From Eledone cirrhosa (taxonomy: Eukaryota), in the NCBI GenBank assembly GCA_964016885.1, contig OZ024740.1, positions 419,430,001 through 419,494,000 on the forward strand: 64,000 nt of DNA. Direction: 5' to 3'. The translations under genes and the position numbers were made by a program. The notes beneath the pieces are model-generated. The model saw only the letters and a program-made list of their open reading frames with translations, ran no database searches and had not been told where the DNA came from. The stretch's first letter is position 1; each line of letters begins with the position of its first letter. Shown in pieces: positions 51,798 through 62,090 of the stretch.

Positions 51798-52008
51798 CCC
51801 TTTGGCATTTACATTATTCTATATTTACTATTGTATTTTCATAGTATAGGCTTTACCTCACATAATTATCTCACTTAATATTGAATCTATGAAATTTTGA
51901 TATTATTTATTTTGAGAACAATACCTTAACATCAGTATGAACGGGCGGTTACAGCCAGTTTGAAAAGAAAGAGGTGAGAGAATTCTGGCTGGTTTAAATG
52001 CTAAAGGG
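51798..52008. mobile_element. MITE family 1 copy
   Basis: ttaa|ccctttggcattta...taaatgctaaaggg|ttaa. Confidence 0.85.
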
Positions 52009-52308
52009 TTAAAGATCCTAAGATGCCACCCCAGTACTCACCCACTTAGCTCAGCCTAATTTTGATTCCAGATTGTGCCTGCAACATCCCTTTTCCGCAT
52101 TAATCTCCTCAGCATCCATCACCATTTAGATATCTTCTTCAGCTTCAAGGGATAGCCACTTTAAGTGTATCAGTGCTTGTGCTGTCTAGCTGTGTTTGTG
52201 TATGCATGCACATGCAGACGTATGCATATCTAAATGCAAATAAAAAAAAAAACAGGACCAAAAGATTTTAAAGAAAAACTATTAATTTTAAGAGACATCC
52301 AACAAATG

Positions 52309-52338
52309 CATATATATATATATATATATATATGCGTA

Positions 52339-52399
<61 letters not shown>

Positions 52400-52702
52400 G
52401 CATATATATATATATGGGTATATATATGCATATATATATATATATGGGTATATATATGCATATATATATATGGGTATATATATGCATATATATATGGGTA
52501 TATATATGCATATATATATGGGTATATATATGCATATGTATGGGTATGTATATATATATGCATATGTATGGGTATGTATGTATGTATATATATGTATGGG
52601 TATGTATATATATACATATGTATGGGTATGTATGTATATATATATATATATATATGCATATGTATGGGTATATATATTTATATATATATATATATATATA
52701 TA
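52309..52702. repeat. Compound TA/TG microsatellite and tatatgggtatatatatgca minisatellite
   Basis: Directly visible. Explains the overlapping spurious ORFs. Confidence 0.95.
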
Positions 52703-53530
52703 AGCTTTTAGTTTTACATTTTTAAACAGCTGATGTTTCTGAATTAAGATGAATTTAAAATGTATAGCTTTTCTATCAAGTTTGTCACTGTATAAATCAA
52801 TTTCTTGTGTTGATTTTTTCATTTTATTTTGATATATTTATTTTGTGTGTTGTCATAAAAGAAAAAGGTAAATACTTATAAATGTATTATCATAAACTTT
52901 ATTTCACTGAGCTTTTCTTATTTTTTTTACTGATAAAATTATTAGTAGTACTATTATTACTACTACGACAACTACTGCTGCTGCCACTGTAGAATCTGTT
53001 AGAATGCTACTGTGCAGACAAGCTGACAAGGAAGTGGTTGGTATATCTGCTGTTGATACCACTGTTGCTGCTCTTCTATCTAGCTACAAAAATCACTTAT
53101 ATATATATATCGTCATGCTTCAGTTCAAAATAACTGTTACATGCTTCAGTTTATTAATTTTAAATCCTTTAACTAAAATTTATAAAAGCATTAGGGTGTC
53201 ACATCTCACTTGTCTAGGTGTGTAGGAAAAAACAAACAAAAACAAAGTTAAATGTGATAAAGAATTTCTTTAACTGAGGTAGGCACATTATTATTTCTCT
53301 TTTAAAAATTAAATATATTATCTAATTCAACAATTTGTTATGAATTACTGAAATTTTATTTCATAAATCAGGTTTAAAAAAATAATAATAGCATGCCATG
53401 TGTTTGGTCTGATCTATTTTAATTACTATATTTTCATTGTTTTTGTGTGTGTGTGTGCGCGTGTGTGTGTGTGTGTGTGTTTTTAAAGATTAATATGCAT
53501 TTGCATTGTATTTTACTTATCTCTTCTAAT

Positions 53531-53560
53531 AGTTTTTCTTTCTTTCTATCTATTACAGGC
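53531..53560 (+). promoter_or_regulatory. Candidate 3' splice acceptor opening the exon that contains the GT92 ORF (exon would start at 53559)
   Basis: Polypyrimidine tract tttttctttctttctatctattacAG|gc, followed by ~770 bp of largely repeat-free sequence up to the ATG. Confidence 0.4.
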
Positions 53561-54327
53561 AATCGAATGCTTTTACTGTTAAGTTGGCAGATGCTGAGAA
53601 GTGAAAGTATTGAAAAACTAAGAAAGTGTATCATTTGATATAAATATCCAGCCTCCGATGAAATTTCTGCTGTCATCTTATAAAATTGCCTGTGATACAT
53701 TGATTGACTGACCGGAATATGACCCTCATCAGGCTGCATTTTTAATGGGATCATTATACAATTTCAAATTTTCCTTCAAATTACAACATGGAACTAATTG
53801 CACTGCGATACCACCTCTCAGCTCCATATATTTTCCACCGTTTTAAAACAGAATTCTTCCCCCTTGGATCATAAATCAACTAATCAGATTTCTAAATAGT
53901 TTCTTAATTTTTAACAATGAATACTTAAAGCATTTATTATAAATATTATTTACCAACTTTTCTTAAACATTGGTTTTCTGGGGTTTTTTTGTTCTCTTTT
54001 GTTTTTTTTTGTTTTTTTTGTTTATGCAAGAAAATGATCCCTAAGCTAAACCAACTAGAATACTGTTGGATAATCAATGGATTTAATGTGATCTCATTTT
54101 CTGCAAATATTTATATTTCTTGCAATCTTGCAATGTTTTCTGTTCCCTCCTCCTCCTCTATTCCTGCTAATTGTTACCTCAGGCATGAATAATCTTCACT
54201 GTATTAACTAAATTGATTTACAAGATTTACTAGTTTTCCTTCAGTTGTTCATTGGATCCAGTTCCTCTTTGATACTACTTAATTTATTTCATTAGCTCGA
54301 GTTTCAGATTTCGTCTCAGCTGGTACC

Positions 54328-55815
54328 ATGCCTTTCAATTTGTTACAAAGGTTACGGTCTGTTAATCGTAAACTGATAATTATTTCTGGTTTAATTTATT
54401 TATCACTTGTTTTTTTATTCCACGGTAGACTAGAATTTGAACAGCAACTTGATAACCGTTTTAAAACAGTTTTTTTCAAAAGAAACCCTGTTCATTTATA
54501 CTTAAGAAAAAACAGCTCTGCAACAAGTATTTCCCAATCATCACATTCCTCATTGAAAAATAAAATGGAATTACATGTTAGCAATATCACTATCAAACCA
54601 CATGTCCATGTTCAAGCAAACATCCTTAATTTAACTTTATCTGATAAAAATATAAACAGCACTGAAGCACCAAATTATAAAAACTGTTATCAGTCTTCTT
54701 CCAATGTTGGCAACAATACATTCCACCGGATATCAGATGGTATATTTATTTATTCTGCATATTTGGATGATCGTCACACCGCTCCATTTGTTCGTGTCAT
54801 GGCCATTATAGCACAGCGTAAATATAAACTTCGATATTTCTGTCATTTTCCTGGCAATTTTTGGACTGATGGTCTTGTATATCAAATGTGTGAAAACCAC
54901 AATAAACATTTTGGCGGTTATATAATATCTTGCCCTCTACCACTTTTAAAACCTGACCAACATAAATTATTCTGTTCTGTGGGTATATCTTTAAAAAAAA
55001 AAACTGACACAAATCACAATTCATTCATTCCAATTACAAAGATTCGTACAAATAGTCAACCTTTTAGCTACGGAATCTGCATTCCACCATTGTTTGGTAA
55101 TATATCCCAAGAACACTTAGTTGAGTATATTGAGTTGTCCAAATTATTAGGTGTGCAACACCTGTACTTTTACAGTTTTCGTTTGTCTGATGCTGCTACT
55201 CACGTTTTGGAGTATTATGAAAAGCAAAACACAGTAACTATAATTCCTTGGAAGCTGCCTGTTGAGATTCATGATAATACTATATGGTACAATGGTCAAC
55301 TGATTGCTCATAATGACTGTTTATATCGATCAATGAGTCAAGTGAAAATGGTAGCATTCAATGACCTTGATGAATTTATCATTCCACACAATAGTTCAAC
55401 ATGGACAGGTTTCGTTAATAAACTAAGTGGTGAAAATATTTGTGGCTTTTCATTTTGGAGTGCATTTTTTGATCCCTCCACAGGAAGACCACATCCTTCT
55501 GGATTGTTTACTATGAGTCAAACTGGCCGCTCAGCGAAGTTCAGTCAAGTGCGAACAAAAGTACTTGTTGAACCATTGAAAATATTTGAAGTTGGTATAC
55601 ATCATGTAAGTAAACCAAATGAAGAGTATTACAAGATGTTGAGAGTGGACACAAACATTGCATTCCTACATCATTATAGAAAATGTGTTTCAAATTATGG
55701 CATGAAATGTGATAAATTTATACCTGATAGGGCCATATACCGATATTTTGATGATTTGAAGACTGCTTTTGATTCACAGTTAAAAATAATACGCCAAATA
55801 AATTCCACTGCTTAA
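54328..55815 (+). CDS. Glycosyltransferase family 92 (DUF23) protein, beta-1,4-galactosyltransferase GALT-1-like; single coding exon
   Basis: Uninterrupted 495-aa ORF. N-terminal basic tail and hydrophobic signal-anchor (LIIISGLIYLSLVFLF), Ser-rich stem, then GT92-typical motifs IYSAYLDDR, CIPPLFG, EYIELSKLLGV, QLIAHNDCLYR, FNDLDEFIIP (DxD), RTKVLVEP, GIHHV, LHHYR. Confidence 0.9.
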   Translation: MPFNLLQRLRSVNRKLIIISGLIYLSLVFLFHGRLEFEQQLDNRFKTVFFKRNPVHLYLRKNSSATSISQSSHSSLKNKMELHVSNITIKPHVHVQANILNLTLSDKNINSTEAPNYKNCYQSSSNVGNNTFHRISDGIFIYSAYLDDRHTAPFVRVMAIIAQRKYKLRYFCHFPGNFWTDGLVYQMCENHNKHFGGYIISCPLPLLKPDQHKLFCSVGISLKKKTDTNHNSFIPITKIRTNSQPFSYGICIPPLFGNISQEHLVEYIELSKLLGVQHLYFYSFRLSDAATHVLEYYEKQNTVTIIPWKLPVEIHDNTIWYNGQLIAHNDCLYRSMSQVKMVAFNDLDEFIIPHNSSTWTGFVNKLSGENICGFSFWSAFFDPSTGRPHPSGLFTMSQTGRSAKFSQVRTKVLVEPLKIFEVGIHHVSKPNEEYYKMLRVDTNIAFLHHYRKCVSNYGMKCDKFIPDRAIYRYFDDLKTAFDSQLKIIRQINSTA

Positions 55816-56156
55816 GTTTTTATAGTTTTTTTCTTTTTATTGCAAATTTAACTCTTGAATGTCTAATATGTCTTTATGAAAGTTTTATATCATCTGCTTT
55901 TCTCATACACAAAACATTCAATTACTTATGAAGTAGCATGGTTTTTACTTCTGCAGATTATACAACTTTTCCATGTATAGACAAATATTTCTCAACTGCT
56001 CTGTATGTAGAAAATAACTCACTTCTCACATATAATGCACGTGTGTTTGTCTGTATTGGTGTAAGTATGTATGTGTATATGTATGTATGTGTGTGTATGC
56101 ATATGTGTGAGTATGTATGTATTTATGCATGTGTATGTATGTTCTGGTTTCATTTG

Positions 56157-56475
56157 TGGCAGTATCGGTAGAGAGTCGGATGCTATGCTTTGACGCACAG
56201 TTACGGCCCTTGCAATTCTGAGTTCGAATCCCGCTGAGGTTAACTTTGCTTTTCATCCTTACGGGGTCGATAAAATAAAGTACCAGTAATGCACTGGGTA
56301 TTTGCTGGCCTTGTGCCAAAAAGTAGAAACAATTATTTTATATACGGCTCTTGCCATTCTGAGTTCAAATCTCGCCGAGGTTAACTTTCTTTCATCCTTA
56401 CGGGGTCGATAAAATAAAGCACCAGTAATGCACTGGGGTAATTGCTGGCCTTGTGCCAAAAGTAGAAACAATTAT
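56157..56475 (+). mobile_element. Two tandem SINE family A copies downstream of the GT92 ORF
   Basis: 56157-56335 and 56345-56475. Confidence 0.9.
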
Positions 56476-56961
56476 TTTATAAATTTTTAACAATACAGAG
56501 AGTCGCTTTTTAACATAAACACAAGGCTCTTTCATAGGAATTTAGACATCAACTAGGTAAATATGTATGCATGCCTGCATGCATGTGTGTGTGCAGGTTT
56601 GGATGTTATTGTATGTGTGGATCTGTATGCTTTACTTTATATGTGTACACACGTTTATGTTTTGTATCTATATATGTATATATGCAGGTATGCATGTATG
56701 TGTGTATCATCATCATAATTGTTTAACGCCCATTTTCCATGCTAGCATGGTATGTGTGTGATGTATGTATTTATGCATATGTGTGTGTACGTATGTGTTT
56801 ATGTCTGTGTATATAGCGTGGAAGATAGACATTAAACGATGATGATGATATATAATTTTGAGTATGTGCTGGTTGTTTATTGACACCTCAGTATACAGGT
56901 TAGAGCACTTGTTTTTATATACACACACACACACACACACGCACACACATATATATGAAAA

Positions 56962-57353
56962 GATTCCGGACCCCGACGGCTGAGCTCTGGCCATTTCGAC
57001 AGCTATCGAACTAAGCCACTGGTATTAGAAAGGTGGAAATCTAGCTGAATTTATCAAGGGGTACAAGCACAAAAAGCAAAACAATCTAAACAAAAAATCT
57101 TAAAAGTTTGTTGTCTTTGTTCAATGATCTGGAATGTCGTAAACTATGTGCACAACATTCCAGGTCCCTGACCACTCCCCATCACAGTCAAGGAAGACAA
57201 CAAGCTTTTAAGATTTGTTTGCTTTTACTGCATGCCCATATATGGACTGTACCCCTTGATAAGTTCAGCTAGATTCCCTCCGTTCTAATACCGGTGGCTT
57301 AGTTTGGATCTAGTTGACGAAATGGCCGAAGCTCAGCCGTCAGGGTCCTGAAT
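56962..57353. mobile_element. ~390-bp foldback/MITE-like element with long imperfect inverted arms and two internal hairpins
   Basis: gattccggaccccgacggctgagct...tatcaaggggtaca versus tgtaccccttgata...agctcagccgtcagggtcctgaatc. Inner aaatcttaaaagtttgttgtctt/aagacaacaagcttttaagattt. A terminal fragment also lies at 12412-12452. Confidence 0.85.
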
Positions 57354-58000
57354 CATATTACCCACTCTACTATCCCAAGTACTCCAGAGTGTTATGGTCC
57401 ACCTGGTATCTTACATCTTTGTTATATATATATATATATATATACACACGCACACACACACGCACGTGTGTGCATATATATCATCATTTCATTTCATTTT
57501 ACGTCTGCTTTTCCCCTGCTTGCAAGGGTGGGACGGGAACTGATTCTGGCTTGATTTCTACAGCTGGATGCCCTTCCTAACACCAACCTCATTTACAGTG
57601 AGTGCTGGGTGCTTTTTTGCCGTGACACCTCCACGACAAAGCAGTGGAATGATATGGACCATCTCATTTCTAAATGATCATCTCATTTCTAAAGCTGAGT
57701 AAACTGGAACAATGTGAAATAAAGTGTCTTGCTCAAGGAAACAACACATCACCCGGTCTGAGAATTGAACTCACAACCTTTCGATTGCAAGGCCAATGCT
57801 CTAATCACTAAGCCATGTGCCTCCATATATATATGTATGCATGTGTTATATATATATATGTGTGCGTATGTCTGTATGTGTGGATATATATATATTGGAA
57901 AATGTGTGAGATCCTTGGTACAGTTAGGTATATTTGAAAAAAAGGAAAAGAATGACTTCACTTGTAGTTCTCAACAATTTGATTTAATTTTATAATCTTT

Positions 58001-58710
58001 CTTGGTTGTCCATCGTAAACGATGATGACGTCTTCTTTATTGTTGTTCCCGTCTGCCATGGGCACGAAGGTGGCTGTGGAGGCCGATCCTTGACTTGCAG
58101 GTCCGGGGACAGTGGGGGCAGGGGAAGAGACTGGAGTCAGACTGGCAACTCCCAGAGATTACCTCCACCTCTCGCCCATCTCCGCAGGGCTTTGGGAGTG
58201 CACGCTAAAGAAGAAACCTGTGCGGGAAAGGTTTATAGTGGGAGGGCCAGTACACAGTGACGGTCCCACTCACTCGGCCGCAGAAGCCAGAATCCGGTGG
58301 TACGGAGGACCGTCACGACTAGGGACTTCCTTGGCTGCAGTTGATGGCCACGATGTCTGTAGTCCCTTGCCGTGCCCTAGCGCTCCACATCACTTGCTGT
58401 TGCAGCCTTCGTGACTGTTGAGATGATGTTGTCCTCCTCCACTCACTCCGCCGGGTCCAGTCTCGCATGCAGGGGCAGGCATCCCCTATCTAACTAACCG
58501 GGGGGTTTCAGACCTATCCGGCTACCCTCAACCTGGTTCGGCCCGCCAGCCAAGGCGGTTTACCGGGGTGTGGCCGCTGTCGCATGCTACAGCTTCTTGG
58601 AGCCACAGGTGAGAGCTGAGTGTCAGGTGGGATCCAATGCAGGACGAGCTGTCCTGAAAAGGGCATGGCTAGCCCTCCCTACAGAGGTATATGCCCCTCC
58701 CTGACACCCC
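58001..58710 (-). mobile_element. Non-autonomous, internally deleted RTE (BovB-like) element: 5' UTR joined to the extreme 3' end
   Basis: GC-rich island. The minus strand ends with LFPCPHCPRTCKSRIGLHSHLRAHGRREQQ* (58129-58037, C2H2 motif typical of RTE ORF ends), then a catcgt-tt-acgatg stem-loop and a short caa-like tail. No EN or RT sequence lies between the ends. Confidence 0.8.
58527..58710 (-). ncRNA. HDV-like self-cleaving ribozyme at the element 5' end
   Basis: P1 GGGGUGU(58710-58704)/ACACCCC(58571-58565); P2 CUCACCUGU/ACCAGGUUGAG (bulged); P3 GGC/GCC; L3 starts UCC; GG directly after P1' (P1.1); P4 CCGCC/GGCGG; J4/2 G-C-C-G-A with putative catalytic C at 58541. Confidence 0.8.
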
Positions 58711-59606
58711 AAGCATATACACATGTATATACATACACATACATATGTACATGTGTATATACATATTTACACATTTGTGGATGGCCGTTGACTCTTACGA
58801 GTTCTTCCGCCCTTTGTCAGGTTTTGTTTTTTGTCCTGCAGGGTGTCCAAAATCACCCTCCTCACCAAGTAAACTTGGTGCGGTTGCCAGTTTAGTCGTC
58901 GACGACCCGACCATGCGACAGGTTGTACTGGTTTACATGTTACCAGTAGCACTCAAGAGTGACCTGACAAGAAATTTTATAATATAAAATTAAATCAAAT
59001 TGTTTAGAACTAGAAGTGAAGTCATTCTTTTCTTTTTTTTTCAAATATCTCTATATATATATCATCATCATCATCTTCGTTTAACGTCCATTTTCCACGC
59101 TAGATGGGTTAGACGGGAGTTGTTCCACTTGAGGCAAGGTTGGTCGGGTGACCATGTCTCGCTCATATAGGACTATCTGGCAGGTTTTCTACTGCTGGAT
59201 GCCCTTCCTAACACCAACCACATTTACAGTGTGGAACTGGGAACTTTTTACCGTGTTACCTACACAGCCACATTACAGTGTGGACTGTGTGTGTTTTTTG
59301 TCGTGACACCTACACGATCTCGATCTCATTTTCTTGTGCTGTTGGTGGGAGTGGGAGGATAGGGTAGGGGTAATATGTGTGTGTGTGTGTGTGTGTGTGT
59401 AAAATTATAGAAAAGATAGAAGGGAAGAGATAAGGATTTTGTCAATATGTTATTGTACATCATAACTCACATGCATTAAGATAAGTAATTCCAATTTATG
59501 CATCAACATTTATTTAAATAACTTTGTATATTTAAAGTTTATACTTTATTCAGTTCTAGTAGAGTTGTAGTTTATATAAAACATTGTATTAGAGTTAAGC
59601 TGTCAT

Positions 59607-60030
59607 GGATTGGCAGTATCTGTAGAGTGTCTGACACCATGCTTTGCAGCATGGAGTTATGGCCTTTTACATTCTGAGTTAAAATCCCACCGAGGTTAAC
59701 TTTGCCTTTCATCCTTATGGGGTTGATAAAATAAAGTACCAGTAATGCATTGGGATAATTGCTGGCTTTGTACCAAAAGTAGAAAGAATTATTATTATAC
59801 ATTACTATTCTGTAATATTGTATACCTAGAAAAGACCATGTTAGGCATTGACAGTAACGGTAGAGGGTCGGAAGTCATGCGTTGCAGCACAGAGTTACGC
59901 CACTTTACGGTCTGAGTTCAAATCCTGCCGACGTAAACTTTGCTTTTCCTCTTTACAGGGTCGATAAAATAAAGCACCAGTAATGCACTGGGGTAATTGC
60001 TAGCCTTGTACCAAAACAAGAAACAATTAT
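59607..60030 (+). mobile_element. Two SINE family A copies
   Basis: 59607-59795 and 59845-60030. Confidence 0.85.
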
Positions 60031-61483
60031 TTACTATATATTATAATGATGTCTAGAACAATATCATATATGGAGCCATGTGAATTAGTAGGAATGAAAG
60101 TTGCTATTTTCCACTCCTATGTCTAGAACGTTACTCACAAACTCTCATTCTTATTTGCATATATTATGTACTGTTTGGTAATGATGTATGTATAGAAAAA
60201 AACGTGTTTCTCGTCATTATTTGTCATCATGATTTCATCAAATTTGTGAATTTCTTATCTACCACCAGGTGTACACCTGCGTTCCTGAGGTGTGTGAAAC
60301 CCTGTAGAGTTGTGCTTTTATCATCATTATCATCACTATAATAATAATAATAATTGTTTCTACTTTTGGCACAAGGCCAGCAATTACCCAGTGTATTACT
60401 GGTACTTTATTTTATCGACCCCGTAAGGATGAAAGGCAAAGTTAACCTCGACGGGATTTGAACTCAGTCTGTAAAGGGACGTAACTATGCTAGAAAGCAT
60501 GGCATCCGACTCTCTACCGATACTGCCAATCCACTCCCCTTAATAATAATTAATAAATAATGATAATAATAATGGCCCAATCTGACTACACTTTTCTAAG
60601 TAGAAGGAAGGAAACTGAGAGAGGGCACTTTTAATGTCCATGAAGTAATAGAGTAATCTGGGCCTTTGTGTGGGGTTTCTCCCTGGGATAGCCCTAAAGT
60701 GTAGTCCCCACTATTCAGGGAACTTGTCTTTATTGACATTTATTGTTTTTTTCCTATTCTTATGTATATTTATTACAATATCTATTATTGTTATTCTGTG
60801 TTCACTTCAGTGATTTCCCCTTTCTTTTATTTAATGTAAACCTCACTTTCTGTTGTCTTTGCCCCCAATGTCCTGGACCCTTGTGGCTCACAAAAAAATA
60901 TTATTATTATTAGAGAAGTGGATTGGCAGAATCCAATGTGTTACAGTATTTAATTCTAGCTCTTTACATTGTGAGTTCAAATCTGGCCAAGGTCAACTTT
61001 GCTTTCACCCTTTCAAAGGGTCGATAAAATAAAGTACTAGTCAAATACTTAGGTCAATGTAACTGACTTACCCCCGTCCCCTCCTCATCACAACAAATTG
61101 CTAACCTGGTGCCGAAATTAGAAACCATTGTTAATGCCTGCATTATTTGTTTTCATTCTCTCTGTTCAAATCCCATCAGTCAACTTTACCTTCCATCCTG
61201 ATGTTCCCCTTCCCCTAAATTACTGAACTTGTGCTTATCTAAGAAATTATTATTCTGTGAAACTTCTTTTGAATTCTTCTTTCTCAAATCATGCCAAGGG
61301 TCAAGCTGACACCTTAGGCAAAATCACACATTTTACAATCGATTCTCATACAAGGGCACTAACAGTAAATGTCTTTGCAAGCTTTTAAATTGATAATGCC
61401 CTTCTTAGGCCATTGACAGTGCCAGTCAGCTTTATTTTCTGTATCTCTTGCAAAGAATGCTTTCCAGATTATTATCATTATTA

Positions 61484-62090
61484 AGGGCGGTTAATTGGCA
61501 GCATCGGTAGAGCGTTGGACACCATGCTTTACAGCATAGAGTTATGACCCTTTACGTTCTGTGTTCAAATCCCGCCATGGTTAACTTTGCCCTTCATCCT
61601 TACAGGGTCAATAAAATAAAGTACCAGTAATGCACTGGGATAATTGCTGGCCTTGTGCCAAAAGTAGAAACAATTATCATTATTATTATTATTATTAAAC
61701 ATCCTTGGACGGTGAATTGGCAGTATCAGTAGAGGGTCGGACACCATGCTTTGACGCATGGAGTTACGGCCCTTGCCATTCTGAGTTCAAATCCCGTCGA
61801 GGTTAACTTTGCTTTTCATCCTTACGGGGTCGATAAAATACCAGTAATGTACTGGGTAATTGCTGGCCTTGTGCCAATAGTAGAAACAATTATTAAACAT
61901 CCTTTGTGATATATAGTGACGTCCCTTTACATTGTGTTAAAATCCCGCAAAGGTTAGCTTTGCCTTTCATTCTTACAGGGGTCGATAAAATAAAGCACTA
62001 GTAATGCACTGGGGTCAATTTAATTGACTTTCCCCTCCTCCAAAATTGTTGGCCTTGTACCTAAATCTTAAACTATTATTATTATTATTA
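61484..62090 (+). mobile_element. Three tandem SINE family A copies
   Basis: 61484-61695, 61708-61893, 61915-62090. Confidence 0.9.

Noticed and set aside
52230-52822. Overlapping 100-180-aa ORFs rich in Y/I/C/V/H/T (also at 4785-5234, 35973-36550, 47018-47325)
   Set aside because: Translations of TA/TG microsatellites.
58006-58414. Plus-strand 84-aa and 100-aa ORFs in the GC-rich island
   Set aside because: Antisense to the RTE-derived element, with no recognisable protein motifs; open frames are expected at this GC content.
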